64,000 bases of DNA. Origin: Lutibacter sp. (GTDB taxonomy: Bacteria; Bacteroidota; Bacteroidia; Flavobacteriales; Flavobacteriaceae). Below the pieces are notes generated by a model. That model was not told the origin of the DNA and searched no databases. It was given only the letters and a program-made list of their open reading frames with translations. The translations under genes and the position numbers were made by a program. Below, piece after piece: positions 1 to 10,706 of the stretch; position 1 is the first letter of the stretch; the number at the start of each line of letters is the position of its first letter. The stretch is taken from positions 454 through 64,453 of the forward strand of contig NZ_JBFFOE010000005.1 of the NCBI RefSeq assembly GCF_041562875.1, read 5' to 3'.

Positions 1-1755
1 AATGATGTTGAAGGTAAAAAAACCTTTTGGCATTCTTCAGCTCATGTATTAGCTCAGGCAATTACTTCATTTTATCCAAATGTAAAATTAACCATAGGAC
101 CCGCAATTGAAAACGGTTTTTATTATGATGTTGATTTAGGTGATGAAGCAATTTCAGACAAAGATTTTAAAGCAATTGAAGATAAAGTACTTGAATTGGC
201 TCGTGGAAAGCATGAGTTTAAAATGAGAGAGGTTTCAAAAGAAGATGCTTTAAATTATTATAAAAGTCAAAACAATCAATATAAAGTTGAATTGATAGAA
301 AACTTGACAGATGGTGAAATCACTTTTTGTGACCATTCAGATTTCACTGATTTATGCCGAGGCGGACACATTCCAAATACAGGTATTATAAAAGCTGTAA
401 AAGTTATGAGTGTTGCTGGAGCTTATTGGCGAGGAGATGAAAAGAACAACCAATTAACTCGTGTATATGGTATTTCTTTTCCAAAGCAAAAATTGCTTAC
501 TGAATATTTAGAGTTATTAGAAGAAGCTAAAAAAAGAGACCATAGAAAATTAGGGAAAGAGTTAGAATTATTTGCTTTTTCAGCTAAAGTTGGTCAGGGA
601 TTACCTCTTTGGTTACCAAAGGGTGCTGCATTGAGAGAAAGATTAGAGAATTTCTTAAAAAAAGCGCAGAAAAAGGCAGGATATGAAATGGTGATAACAC
701 CTCATATTGGGCAAAAAGAATTGTATGTTACATCTGGACATTATGAAAAATATGGTGCAGATAGTTTTCAACCAATACATACCCCAAAAGAAGGCGAAGA
801 GTTCTTTTTAAAACCAATGAACTGTCCACACCACTGTGAAATTTATAATAACAAACCTTATTCATATAAAGAATTACCAAAGCGTTTTGCTGAATTTGGT
901 ACCGTATATAGATATGAACAAAGTGGCGAATTACATGGATTAACACGTGTAAGAGGATTTACGCAAGATGATGCACATATTTTTTGTACTCCCGACCAGT
1001 TAGATAAAGAATTTAAAGATGTTATTGATTTAGTATTATATGTATTCAAATCGTTAAGTTTTGAAAATTTCACTGCACAAGTTTCATTAAGATCTAAAGA
1101 AAAAAGTGAAAAATATATTGGTAGTGATGAAAATTGGGAAAAAGCTGAGACTGCCATTATAAACGCAGCAAAAGAAAAGGGATTAGATTATGTTGTTGAA
1201 TATGGAGAAGCAGCATTTTACGGTCCTAAATTAGACTTTATGGTGAAAGATGCTTTAGGTAGAAGTTGGCAATTAGGAACTATACAAGTTGACTACAATT
1301 TACCTGAACGTTTTGACTTAAATTATAAAGGAGCAGATAATCAATTACACAGACCTGTGATGATTCACCGAGCACCTTTTGGTTCAATGGAACGTTTTAT
1401 TGCCGTATTATTAGAGCATACTGCAGGGAAATTTCCTCTTTGGCTAACTCCAGAGCAGGTTATAATACTACCTATTAGTGATAAATATCAAAAATATGCA
1501 GAAAATGTTTTATGTTTGCTAGAAAATTCCGAAATTCGCGCCCTTGTAGATTCACGAAATGAAAAAACAGGCAGAAAGATAAGAGATGCTGAGTTAAATA
1601 AAATACCGTTTATGCTTATTGTAGGTGAGCAAGAAGAAAAAGATGGTACAGTTTCAGTAAGAAAACAAGGAGAAGGTGATATGGGTACATTATCAATTAA
1701 TGAATTTACATCATTTATAAATAAAGAAATTAATAGTACATTAGAGCAATTTTAA
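1..1755 (+). CDS. thrS: Threonyl-tRNA synthetase (5' end lies before the window)
   Basis: Frame is open from base 1 ([15 protein letters not shown]...). Class II ThrRS motifs are present: [38 protein letters not shown]. Confidence 0.98.
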   Translation, partial: NDVEGKKTFWHSSAHVLAQAITSFYPNVKLTIGPAIENGFYYDVDLGDEAISDKDFKAIEDKVLELARGKHEFKMREVSKEDALNYYKSQNNQYKVELIENLTDGEITFCDHSDFTDLCRGGHIPNTGIIKAVKVMSVAGAYWRGDEKNNQLTRVYGISFPKQKLLTEYLELLEEAKKRDHRKLGKELELFAFSAKVGQGLPLWLPKGAALRERLENFLKKAQKKAGYEMVITPHIGQKELYVTSGHYEKYGADSFQPIHTPKEGEEFFLKPMNCPHHCEIYNNKPYSYKELPKRFAEFGTVYRYEQSGELHGLTRVRGFTQDDAHIFCTPDQLDKEFKDVIDLVLYVFKSLSFENFTAQVSLRSKEKSEKYIGSDENWEKAETAIINAAKEKGLDYVVEYGEAAFYGPKLDFMVKDALGRSWQLGTIQVDYNLPERFDLNYKGADNQLHRPVMIHRAPFGSMERFIAVLLEHTAGKFPLWLTPEQVIILPISDKYQKYAENVLCLLENSEIRALVDSRNEKTGRKIRDAELNKIPFMLIVGEQEEKDGTVSVRKQGEGDMGTLSINEFTSFINKEINSTLEQF

Positions 1756-1777
1756 GTTTAATTTAAATTCCAACGTC

Positions 1778-2338
1778 ATAGCAATTCGAAGTAAATCAGG
1801 GGGAAGAAAACCTTGGAGAGTAGTCAAAGAAGATCAACATAGGATTAATGAAAAAATCACATTTGTTGACGAAGTACGTTTAGTAGGTGATAATGTAGAA
1901 GTTGGTGTATATTCAATTTCAAAAGCAAAATCACTCGCTAGAGAACAAGAACTAGATTTGGTAGAGATATCTCCCAAAGCAGATCCACCTGTTTGTAAAA
2001 TTATAGATTATAAGAAATTTCTTTACGAACAAAAAAAACGTGAAAAAGTTATAAAATCTAAAGCAACCAAGGTTATTGTTAAAGAAATTAGGTTTGGACC
2101 TAATACTGATGAGCACGATTTTGAATTTAAGAAAAAACATGCAATCAAATTTTTACAAGATGGTGCTAAATTAAAAGCATTTGTATTTTTTAAAGGAAGG
2201 TCTATTATTTATAAAGATCAAGGGCATATCTTACTTTTAAGATTGGCAACAGAAATTGAAGAATACGGCAAAGTAGAGCAAATGCCTAGATTAGAAGGTA
2301 AGCGTATGATTATGTACATTGCTCCTAAAAAGAAATAA
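1778..2338 (+). CDS. infC: Translation initiation factor IF-3, non-AUG (ATA) start
   Basis: The frame of ORF 1958-2338 is open back to ATA at 1778 (MAIRSKSGG...HRINEKI...VRLVG...[19 protein letters not shown]). The C-domain has KEIRFGP and FFKGR. It follows thrS. Confidence 0.93.
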   Translation: MAIRSKSGGRKPWRVVKEDQHRINEKITFVDEVRLVGDNVEVGVYSISKAKSLAREQELDLVEISPKADPPVCKIIDYKKFLYEQKKREKVIKSKATKVIVKEIRFGPNTDEHDFEFKKKHAIKFLQDGAKLKAFVFFKGRSIIYKDQGHILLLRLATEIEEYGKVEQMPRLEGKRMIMYIAPKKK

Positions 2339-2426
2339 TACTTTAACTACAATCAGTGAGCTATAAGGTTAACTATCGTAGTTGAAGAACAAGGAAAATA
2401 AGCAAGATAAAAAAAGTAGAAGAAAG

Positions 2427-2624
2427 ATGCCTAAAATGAAAACAAAATCTAGTGCTAAGAAGCGTTTTAAGCTTACAGGTTCTGGAAAAATTAAAAGAAA
2501 GCATGCTTTTAAGAGTCACATTTTGACTAAAAAAAGCAAAAAACGTAAATTAAAGTTAACTCATGATGGTTTAGTACATAAAGCAGATAGAGCTAACATT
2601 TTACAACAGTTAACTTTAAAATAA
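2427..2624 (+). CDS. rpmI: 50S ribosomal protein L35
   Basis: [39 protein letters not shown] 2427 is preferred over the track's upstream start. Confidence 0.97.
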   Translation: MPKMKTKSSAKKRFKLTGSGKIKRKHAFKSHILTKKSKKRKLKLTHDGLVHKADRANILQQLTLK

Positions 2625-2719
2625 TAAAGTTACAGGGAATTTAATTATTAACCTTGGAGTAGAGCTATACAAGTTCAAATTTAAAGTTTGACGCCTACTA
2701 CAAAAAAACAAATGAAATT

Positions 2720-3064
2720 ATGCCAAGATCAGTAAATTCAGTTGCTTCAAGAGCTAAGAGAAAAAAGATATTGAAGCTAGCAAAAGGTTACTTTGGACGT
2801 AGAAAAAACGTTTATACGGTAGCTAAAAATGCGGTTGAAAAAGGAATGGTTTATTCTTATAGAGACCGTAAAAACAAAAAAAGAACTTTCCGTGGTTTAT
2901 GGATTCAACGTATAAACGCTGGAGCCCGCCAATATGGATTGTCTTATTCACAGTTTATGGGTAAAGTAAAAGCTAATAACATTGAATTGAATCGTAAGGT
3001 TCTTGCAGATTTAGCGATGAACAACCCAGAGGCTTTTAAGGCTGTTGTAGATCAAGTAAAATAG
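2720..3064 (+). CDS. rplT: 50S ribosomal protein L20
   Basis: MPRSVN...AKGYFG...YRDRK...WIQRINA...[10 protein letters not shown]. Confidence 0.98.
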   Translation: MPRSVNSVASRAKRKKILKLAKGYFGRRKNVYTVAKNAVEKGMVYSYRDRKNKKRTFRGLWIQRINAGARQYGLSYSQFMGKVKANNIELNRKVLADLAMNNPEAFKAVVDQVK

Positions 3065-3086
3065 ATTTTTAATTTCTTGCTTATAT

Positions 3087-3118
3087 AAAAAAACCCAATC
3101 TTTTAGATTGGGTTTTTT
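3087..3118 (+). terminator. Intrinsic terminator after rplT
   Basis: AAAAAACCCAATC-tttta-GATTGGGTTTTTT inverted repeat with a T-tract. Confidence 0.85.
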
Positions 3119-3194
3119 ATTTTATATACATACCTTTTAATCTTCTTGAATTCTATTTATTCTTATATTTACATAAATTTTAACAATTTATAGT

Positions 3195-4145
3195 ATGCTT
3201 GTTTGGGGAATTTTTATTGCTTTTATACTTCTGTTTTTAGCTTTAGATTTAGGTGTTTTTAACAAAACGCCACACATTATAAGCACGAAAGAAGCCTCTG
3301 TTTGGACAGGAATTTGGGTACTAATATCATTATTGTTTTCAGGTATTATTTATTGGTTATATTCAACTAATGTTATAAACAATGTTGACAACCTCTCACC
3401 TACCAATGCTACTTTAAAATACATTACAGGTTACTTAATAGAATTATCCTTAAGTATTGATAATATTTTTGTTATCGCTGTTATATTTACCTCTTTTAAA
3501 ATTCCATTAAAATATCAACACCGAGTTTTATTTTGGGGGATTTTAGGTGCAATTGTATTTAGAGCTTTCATGATTTTCTTTGGAGTTATACTTATTAAAA
3601 AATTTAGCTTTACAACCTATGTGTTTGGGGCATTTTTAATTTTTACCGCTTATAGAATGTTAAGTTCAAAAGATAATGAGTTTCATCCAAAAAAATCATT
3701 TATTTATAGACAAATAAGAAGATTTTTACCCATTACAAGCCATATGAATGGAGAACATTTTTTTGTAAAAATGCGACACATTACAGCCGCCACTCCACTT
3801 TTTATTGCTTTAATTATTATTGAATTTACGGATGTATTGTTTGCCATGGATAGTATTCCGGCAATTTTAGCAATAACATCCGATCCATTTTTAGTATTTA
3901 CTTCTAATATTTTTGCAATATTAGGGTTACGATCCATGTATTTTTTCTTGTCGAATATGTTGGCTAAATTCCATTTTTTAAAATACAGTTTAATAGTAAT
4001 TTTAACTTTTGTAGGAATTAAATTAATACTCGCACATCATTTTAATTTTCCTGAATGGTTATCATTATCAGTTATAGCCGTTTCATTATTAACAGGTGTT
4101 ATTGTATCAATTAAGTCAATAAATAAAGGTGAAGAAGCTAAATAG
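3195..4145 (+). CDS. TerC/Alx family membrane protein
   Basis: Multi-TM protein with LSIDNIFV, RVLFWGILGA and DVLFAMDSIPA motifs. Confidence 0.92.
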   Translation: MLVWGIFIAFILLFLALDLGVFNKTPHIISTKEASVWTGIWVLISLLFSGIIYWLYSTNVINNVDNLSPTNATLKYITGYLIELSLSIDNIFVIAVIFTSFKIPLKYQHRVLFWGILGAIVFRAFMIFFGVILIKKFSFTTYVFGAFLIFTAYRMLSSKDNEFHPKKSFIYRQIRRFLPITSHMNGEHFFVKMRHITAATPLFIALIIIEFTDVLFAMDSIPAILAITSDPFLVFTSNIFAILGLRSMYFFLSNMLAKFHFLKYSLIVILTFVGIKLILAHHFNFPEWLSLSVIAVSLLTGVIVSIKSINKGEEAK

Positions 4146-4161
4146 GAAAAGCTAAACTCTA

Positions 4162-5799
4162 TTAGTTTTTCTTTTCTATCTCTTTTAAATTTTCCATTTT
4201 TTTATAAGCAAGGAAACCTGCAACATTATCAAAATGTTCTTTTACTCGTTTGTTACCAAACTCAAAAACTTTTTCTGCTAAACCATCTAAGAAATCTCTA
4301 TCATGAGAAACCAAAATTAACGTTCCATCAAAATCTTTAAGAGCATCTTTAATAATATCTTTTGTTTTCATATCTAAATGGTTAGTTGGCTCATCTAAAA
4401 TTAAAACGTTTACTGGTTCTAACAATAATTTTATCATTGCTAAACGTGTTTTCTCACCTCCTGACAATACTTTTACTTTTTTTGTTGTATCATCTCCGCT
4501 AAACATAAAAGCTCCTAACAAACCTTTAATTTTAGTTCTAATATCGCCAACAGCAATTTGATCAATTGTTTCAAAAACAGTTAATTCTTCATCTAATAAT
4601 GATGCTTGATTTTGAGCGAAATAACCAATTTTAACATTATGACCAACTTCCATAGTTCCGTCAAAATCAATTTCAGACATAATAGCTTTTATCATAGTAG
4701 ATTTTCCTTCACCATTTTTACCAACAAAAGCAACTTTTTCACCACGTTCAATTACCAAACTTGCTTTTTCAAAAACAACATGTTCATTGTACTTTTTAGA
4801 TAAATCATTCACAACAACAGGATATTGACCACTTCTTGGTGATTGAGGAAATTTTAATCGCAATGCGGAAGTATCTACTTCATCAATTTCAACTAGTTGC
4901 ATTTTCTCCAACATTTTAACGCGCGACTGCACTTGATTTGTTTTTGAATAAGTCCCTTTAAAACGATCTATAAACTCCGTAGTTTCTAAAATTATTTTTT
5001 GCTGTTCGTCAAAAGCTTTTTGCTGATGCACACGACGATCTTTTCGCAACTCTAAATAATGAGAATAGGTTGCTTTATAATCGTAAATTTTACCCATAGT
5101 TACTTCAATAGTTCTATTGGTTATATTATCTACAAAAGCTCTGTCATGCGATATAACAATTACAGCTTTAGCTGAATTAATTAAAAAATCTTCCAACCAT
5201 TGAACACTCTCAATATCAATATGATTTGTAGGTTCATCTAATAAAATTAAATCGGGTTTTTGAAGTAAAATTTTTGCCAACTCAATTCTCATACGCCATC
5301 CTCCAGAAAACTCAGATGTTGGTCTGTTAAAATCTTTACGTTCAAAACCAAGTCCTTTTAAAACAATTTCAACCTCAGCTTCATAATTTACTTCTTCTAT
5401 TGAATAAAATTTTTCACTTAATTCAGAAACACGTTCAATCAACTTCATATATTCATCGCTTTCATAATCTGTACGAACAGTAAGCGCTTCATTAATTTCA
5501 TCAATTTCAGTTTTCATTTTAAGAACTTCAGCAAAAGCTTTTGAAGTTTCTTCAAAAACAGTTGCATTATCTTTAGCAAGTAAATGCTGAGGAAGGTATG
5601 CAATAACAGCATCTTTAGGTGCCGAAATATTCCCCGATGATGGTTTACTAGCTCCAGCAATAATTTTTAATAATGTAGATTTTCCCGCACCATTTTTACC
5701 CATTAAAGCAATTTTATCATTATCATTAATTGCAAATGAAATATTACTAAATAGCGTTGTATTACCAAATTGCACTGAAATATCATTAACTGTAACCAT
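4162..5799 (-). CDS. ABC-F family ATP-binding protein (tandem NBDs, no TM domain)
   Basis: Two Walker A (GKNGAGKS, GKNGEGKS), FSGGW/LSGGE signatures, LLDEPTNH twice, and an interdomain linker. Confidence 0.95.
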   Translation of the reverse strand: MVTVNDISVQFGNTTLFSNISFAINDNDKIALMGKNGAGKSTLLKIIAGASKPSSGNISAPKDAVIAYLPQHLLAKDNATVFEETSKAFAEVLKMKTEIDEINEALTVRTDYESDEYMKLIERVSELSEKFYSIEEVNYEAEVEIVLKGLGFERKDFNRPTSEFSGGWRMRIELAKILLQKPDLILLDEPTNHIDIESVQWLEDFLINSAKAVIVISHDRAFVDNITNRTIEVTMGKIYDYKATYSHYLELRKDRRVHQQKAFDEQQKIILETTEFIDRFKGTYSKTNQVQSRVKMLEKMQLVEIDEVDTSALRLKFPQSPRSGQYPVVVNDLSKKYNEHVVFEKASLVIERGEKVAFVGKNGEGKSTMIKAIMSEIDFDGTMEVGHNVKIGYFAQNQASLLDEELTVFETIDQIAVGDIRTKIKGLLGAFMFSGDDTTKKVKVLSGGEKTRLAMIKLLLEPVNVLILDEPTNHLDMKTKDIIKDALKDFDGTLILVSHDRDFLDGLAEKVFEFGNKRVKEHFDNVAGFLAYKKMENLKEIEKKN

Positions 5800-5875
5800 T
5801 ATTTTAATTTATATGTAACATTGATTTTTTTGAAAGGCGCAAATATACGTTTTTGTTATATATCATATAAAACAA

Positions 5876-5906
5876 AAAAAGCAAGAACGTGACATTCTTG
5901 CTTTTT
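5876..5906 (-). terminator. Intrinsic terminator after prfA
   Basis: AAAAAGCAAGAA-cgtgaca-TTCTTGCTTTTT. Confidence 0.8.
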
Positions 5907-5929
5907 AAATAAAGTATTAAACTTTATTA

Positions 5930-7006
5930 TTATAGTACTTCGCCTAATTCTTTTAACTTTTCAGTATTTTCAGCTAATTTTAATCCTTCAATAATTCTAT
6001 GAATATCTCCGTTAATTACATTTGATAAATCATACAAAGTCATTCCTATTCTGTGTTCAGTAACACGGCCTTGTGGGTAATTATAGGTTCTAATTTTTGC
6101 AGAACGATCACCACTAGAAACCAATGAATTTCTTTTTAATGAATCTGCTGCTAATTTTTTCTCCAATTCTTGTTCATATAAACGAGAACGCAATACTTTC
6201 ATTGCTTTTTCCTTATTTTTATGTTGAGATTTTTGATCTTGACATTGTGCAACCAAACCAGAAGGAATGTGAGTTAAACGAACCGCAGAATACGTTGTGT
6301 TAACCGATTGTCCACCAGGTCCTGAAGAACAGAAAAAATCTACACGAATATCACTAGGCAATAATTCAACATCAAACTCTTCAGCTTCTGGTAAAACCAT
6401 AACTGTTGCAGCAGATGTATGAACTCTCCCTTGAGTTTCTGTTTGAGGAACACGTTGCACACGGTGAACACCAGATTCAAACTTCATATCTCCATACACA
6501 TCAGCTCCAGTAACACTAAATATTATTTCTTTAAAACCTCCTGAAGTACCTTCACTAATGTCTTCAACTTCTGTTTTCCATCCTTTATCTGAGCAATATT
6601 TTGTGTACATTCTATACAAATCTCCTGCAAAAATACTTGCTTCATCTCCACCTGTTCCTGCTCTAATTTCTACAATCACATTTTTGGCATCTTCCGGATC
6701 TTTAGGAATTAGCATAAACTTAATATCTTCCTCTAATTTAGGAATTCTAAGAGTTGCCTCTTCCATTTCTATCTTAGCCATTTCTGTCATTTCTTCATCA
6801 GAACCATCAGCTATTATTTCTTTAGCTTCTTCAATATTGGCTAACAATGCCTTATATTCTTCAGCAACTTTCATTACTGCATTTAAATCTTTATATTCTT
6901 TACTTAATTTTATATAACGTTTTTGGTCTAAAATAATATCAGGTTGAATGATTAAATCAGACACCTCATCAAATTTTTGTTTTATTATTCTTAATTTATC
7001 TAACAT
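5930..7006 (-). CDS. prfA: Peptide chain release factor 1
   Basis: GPGGQSVN (GGQ motif), RVQRVPQTE (PxT motif), [12 protein letters not shown]. Confidence 0.98.
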   Translation of the reverse strand: MLDKLRIIKQKFDEVSDLIIQPDIILDQKRYIKLSKEYKDLNAVMKVAEEYKALLANIEEAKEIIADGSDEEMTEMAKIEMEEATLRIPKLEEDIKFMLIPKDPEDAKNVIVEIRAGTGGDEASIFAGDLYRMYTKYCSDKGWKTEVEDISEGTSGGFKEIIFSVTGADVYGDMKFESGVHRVQRVPQTETQGRVHTSAATVMVLPEAEEFDVELLPSDIRVDFFCSSGPGGQSVNTTYSAVRLTHIPSGLVAQCQDQKSQHKNKEKAMKVLRSRLYEQELEKKLAADSLKRNSLVSSGDRSAKIRTYNYPQGRVTEHRIGMTLYDLSNVINGDIHRIIEGLKLAENTEKLKELGEVL

Positions 7007-7206
7007 CTTCTTTTTTAATTGGATTGCAAATTTACAATATTTTCTTGAGAATACATTTTAAGAACATTAAATTACTTTTAACATACTAACTATCAGTGAT
7101 AAAAATTGTTTTATTTATTTATTTTTAAAAATTTAGATTTTTAAGGTAGGGTTTTTAAGTATTTAATTGTTTAGTATAAATACTAAACAACTTTTAAAAT
7201 AAAATC

Positions 7207-7935
7207 ATGAGAAAACCCCTACAATCAAAAATTAAAAAAACTTTAATTGCTTTATTAATTTCGTGCAGCTTTGCTGCTAATTCACAAGACCTTACTAACA
7301 ATTTAAAATTATGGTCCGGTATCAGTGCTTCTTATAAAATAAATCATAATCTAAGCGCAAAAATAAGTCAACTTTTGGCTTATAATACTTCCCCAAGTAG
7401 CTACAGTTTTTCACAAACAAAACTATCTTTATCCTATAAATTAAAACGAAGAACATATATAGAAGGTGGATATGTTAAGGGCCTTTTTAACGATTCAAAT
7501 TCGTTAAGAGATCAAGGAGCTTCTTCTAGTTGGTTTAATAAAGTGGCCGTTGATCGAATTTATGGTAGTTTTTCTTATAAACATAGCATTGCTAAACGGT
7601 TATCTTTAAAACATAAAATTGAGTTTCAGTATTTCTTTGCAGATTTAGATAAATATAAAACAAGGAGTATCTATTCAGCTAGATTAGGTTATAATGTAAG
7701 AAATTCTAGTTTAACTCCATTTATTGAGGGTCAATTTTACAATTATAGTGGAGGAATTATTTCAAGTGGAATTAAAAGGTTCCGATTTAAATCTGGATTA
7801 AGTTTTAAACTTGTTAAAGACTCCTCAATGGGTGTTTCAATTTACCATATTCTCCAAAATGAATTTAAAACTGAAAACCTTTCTGAAAACGATTATTCAG
7901 TTTTTGGATTAAGCCTTTCATTTAAAATAAAATAA
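7207..7935 (+). CDS. Outer-membrane beta-barrel protein (DUF2490-like)
   Basis: Signal peptide (..SFAANS/Q), then alternating aromatic/hydrophobic amphipathic strands, ending LSLSFKIK. Confidence 0.65.
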   Translation: MRKPLQSKIKKTLIALLISCSFAANSQDLTNNLKLWSGISASYKINHNLSAKISQLLAYNTSPSSYSFSQTKLSLSYKLKRRTYIEGGYVKGLFNDSNSLRDQGASSSWFNKVAVDRIYGSFSYKHSIAKRLSLKHKIEFQYFFADLDKYKTRSIYSARLGYNVRNSSLTPFIEGQFYNYSGGIISSGIKRFRFKSGLSFKLVKDSSMGVSIYHILQNEFKTENLSENDYSVFGLSLSFKIK

Positions 7936-7946
7936 CCCCAAATATT

Positions 7947-9035
7947 ATGAAACTAAGTAAGATAAATTCAAAAAACATAAAAAAAGCTATTATTTGTAAA
8001 AACGTAACTAGCACACTTATAAATAAGCAAATTAAAAAAACCTACATGCCAAAAGCTGGAGATGTGGCTATTTTTAAAGTAAAAGACATAGGGAAACATA
8101 ACCGAATTCAATCTACAAATGGTAATAACAAGTATATTTTACCAGGTGATCTAATTATGGGAGCATTTGGAAATAGGTATGCAACAGAGCAAATGGAAGG
8201 TTATGTACCAGATACTTACCACAACTCCTATCATATATTAGGTCAAGGAGGTGCTATAGGAATTTTAAAAAGTATACATACCAAATTTGAATTAGTTGGC
8301 CCTACCACTTTAAGTTTGATAGGTTATCTGGTTCATGAAAATGGTGAAGTCATTAATACTAAATACCTGAATGATGAAATCACAACTTATAAATCTATTC
8401 CATTAAATACGGATCCAAAAGTTATATTATCTTTAGGGACTAGTATGGATAGTGGTAAAACTACTTCAGCAGCATTTCTTGCAAGGGGTCTAAAATTAGC
8501 AAAAAAAAAACCTGCCTATATCAAATTAACAGGAACTGTTTACACTAAAGATAAAAATATGGTTAGTGATTATGGCGCTACTATTTCTTTAGATTTTTCT
8601 CATTTTGGATTTCCTTCTACTTACATGTGCTCTACACATGAACTTTTAGATTTATATCAAAATTTAATTGATTATGTGAAACCCTATAATCCAGATTATA
8701 TTATAGTTGAAATAGCAGATGGCCTTTTACAAAGAGAAACATATGCCTTAATTCATCATAAAAATTTCATGAATAAAGTCTCAGGAGCCTTATTTTCGTC
8801 ACTAGATAGCATGAGCGCCATCGCCGGAGCAGACATGCTCACAGAATTAGGATGTAATGTAATTGGTGTAACAGGACTTTTCACTATTAGCCCATTATTA
8901 GTAGATGAAGTGAAACAAAAATCTAATTATCATGTTTTAACAGAAGAAAATTTGACATCGAAAGAAATAATTGATACTTTAAATAAAAAAATAAACTACT
9001 TGGAATTTGAAAACAAAATGGCAGTTAATAGCTGA
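7947..9035 (+). CDS. DUF1611-like P-loop NTPase (GNRYA subfamily)
   Basis: GAFGNRYATEQMEG, deviant Walker A GTSMDSGKTT, IKLTGT, DFSHFGFPSTY, IVEIADGLLQRET. Confidence 0.7.
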   Translation: MKLSKINSKNIKKAIICKNVTSTLINKQIKKTYMPKAGDVAIFKVKDIGKHNRIQSTNGNNKYILPGDLIMGAFGNRYATEQMEGYVPDTYHNSYHILGQGGAIGILKSIHTKFELVGPTTLSLIGYLVHENGEVINTKYLNDEITTYKSIPLNTDPKVILSLGTSMDSGKTTSAAFLARGLKLAKKKPAYIKLTGTVYTKDKNMVSDYGATISLDFSHFGFPSTYMCSTHELLDLYQNLIDYVKPYNPDYIIVEIADGLLQRETYALIHHKNFMNKVSGALFSSLDSMSAIAGADMLTELGCNVIGVTGLFTISPLLVDEVKQKSNYHVLTEENLTSKEIIDTLNKKINYLEFENKMAVNS

Positions 9036-10704
9036 TTTTATAAAAGGAAACAAATTACTTGCTATTGTAGCATTTATAAGTGGTTTATTCTATAACGTTA
9101 TTATATTATTAATTCCTGTTAGCCTTGGGCATTTTTATGAGTTCAACTTTGGGTTCTCATCACATCGTTTAAGGTTATTAGAATCAATCATATTTATCAA
9201 TACTGAAAGTTTTAATGAATTTTTAGCCTTCTTTATTGGTCTTATTTTAATTCGTTTTGTTTTTGAATTTATTAACAGGTATATAATTTCAATTATTGGA
9301 GAACGTTTTGCTAAAAATCTTAGAGAGCAGCTTTTTGAACATCAACTTCATATAAGCACACATATCTATGACCAAAAAGGAATTGGAAAATATTTGCTTC
9401 GGTACAGTGGGGACCTGAAAAGTATTCAAAATTATGTTACTAATGGGTTATTTAAGTTTACGCAAGACCTCATGTTAATTGTAATTTTAATCATTACAAT
9501 TTCTTATATAGATTTCATTTTTGGTTTTATTGTGGCAATTTCTATAGGTGTTTTAATACTCCTATTATTTTTTATGAATCACCTTCTTTATAAAATATCT
9601 GTAAGTCGCAGAAATCAACGGGCGGCAATGTTAACATTTGTTAACACTCGATTAAGGGCAATACTTTCAATAAAAGCTTTTAATAAATACACCCCTGAAA
9701 AAAATAAATATATTAAGCGTTCAGAAAATCTTTATACCGTTGGTAAAAAATACCAGCAAACAGTAAGTGTTATTCAATCTATTATTCCTGCTGTAACCTA
9801 CTTAATGCTAGCTTTACTGATGTGGTATGTGTATTATTTAAAGAGCCATAAAGAAAATGTATTTAATCAATCTGCACTGTTAATTTTAATTCTATTAATC
9901 ATATCCTTTCTTCCTATTCTAAGGCGTACACTAAGAGTAAGCATTATTTGGAGACTCGGAAATATTTCATTTGAAAAACTGCTTAACATCTTTTCTTTGA
10001 AAGCTGAAAATAAGGTTTCCTTTAAAAAAATTAATTTGTCTGAAAAGGAAATAAATTTAAAAAATATTTATTTCCATTATTTCAATTCAAAAAACATAAT
10101 TTTTAACAAGCTAACGATTACATTACTTCCAAAAAAACTAACGGTGATAGTCGGTGGTTCAGGAACAGGTAAAAGCACATTCATCAATTTATTACTAAAA
10201 ATTCATCAACCAACTAAAGGAACTATACATTTTGGGAAATATAGTTACAATAAGTTAGCTGAAAAATCCATTAGAAAAAATATAACAGTCATTTCAAGTG
10301 ATTTTCCGCTATATGGAAGAACCGTGTATGAAGCTATTGCATATAGCAGATCAAAAGAAGCAGCAATTAAAGTTGCTAAAATTTTAAAAGAACTACAACA
10401 ATTTGAAGATATAAAAATTAGACTTGAATTGAAAGATACTATTGGCGATTTAGGAAACAAACTTACCAGTGGTCAAAAAAAGATTTTAATGTATTGTAGA
10501 GCCCTTCTAACTAATAAGCCATGGATTATTATTAACCAACCTTTTAATGATTTAGATCCCAACACTATAAATCATTTAAAGAATACTCTAAACTCGTTAA
10601 AGCCTACTAAAACCATTATAATAATGGATACTACTATTCCTGAAGGATTGAAAGTTGATCATATTTATACTCTTAAAAATAGTGTTTTAACGAAACAGAA
10701 ATAG
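9007..10704 (+). CDS. ABC exporter (TM domain + NBD) with degenerate catalytic motifs; TTG start overlapping the upstream gene
   Basis: N-terminal multi-TM ABC_membrane region. Walker A is GGSGTGKS and the signature is LTSGQ. Walker B reads IIINQP and the H-loop reads IMDT. Confidence 0.8.
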   Translation: MKTKWQLIADFIKGNKLLAIVAFISGLFYNVIILLIPVSLGHFYEFNFGFSSHRLRLLESIIFINTESFNEFLAFFIGLILIRFVFEFINRYIISIIGERFAKNLREQLFEHQLHISTHIYDQKGIGKYLLRYSGDLKSIQNYVTNGLFKFTQDLMLIVILIITISYIDFIFGFIVAISIGVLILLLFFMNHLLYKISVSRRNQRAAMLTFVNTRLRAILSIKAFNKYTPEKNKYIKRSENLYTVGKKYQQTVSVIQSIIPAVTYLMLALLMWYVYYLKSHKENVFNQSALLILILLIISFLPILRRTLRVSIIWRLGNISFEKLLNIFSLKAENKVSFKKINLSEKEINLKNIYFHYFNSKNIIFNKLTITLLPKKLTVIVGGSGTGKSTFINLLLKIHQPTKGTIHFGKYSYNKLAEKSIRKNITVISSDFPLYGRTVYEAIAYSRSKEAAIKVAKILKELQQFEDIKIRLELKDTIGDLGNKLTSGQKKILMYCRALLTNKPWIIINQPFNDLDPNTINHLKNTLNSLKPTKTIIIMDTTIPEGLKVDHIYTLKNSVLTKQK

Positions 10705-10706
10705 TA

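Noticed and set aside
2382-2426. N-terminal extensions given by the ORF track for rpmI (also glnII, curlin 2, the antiporter, pyrF, glnK, truA)
   Set aside because: Family-typical starts lie downstream, and several extensions run through predicted promoters.
5800-5850. Attenuation leader upstream of the ABC-F gene (as in antibiotic-resistance ABC-Fs)
   Set aside because: The -7 box (5840-5847) is only about 40 nt from the ATG, with no uORF or terminator.
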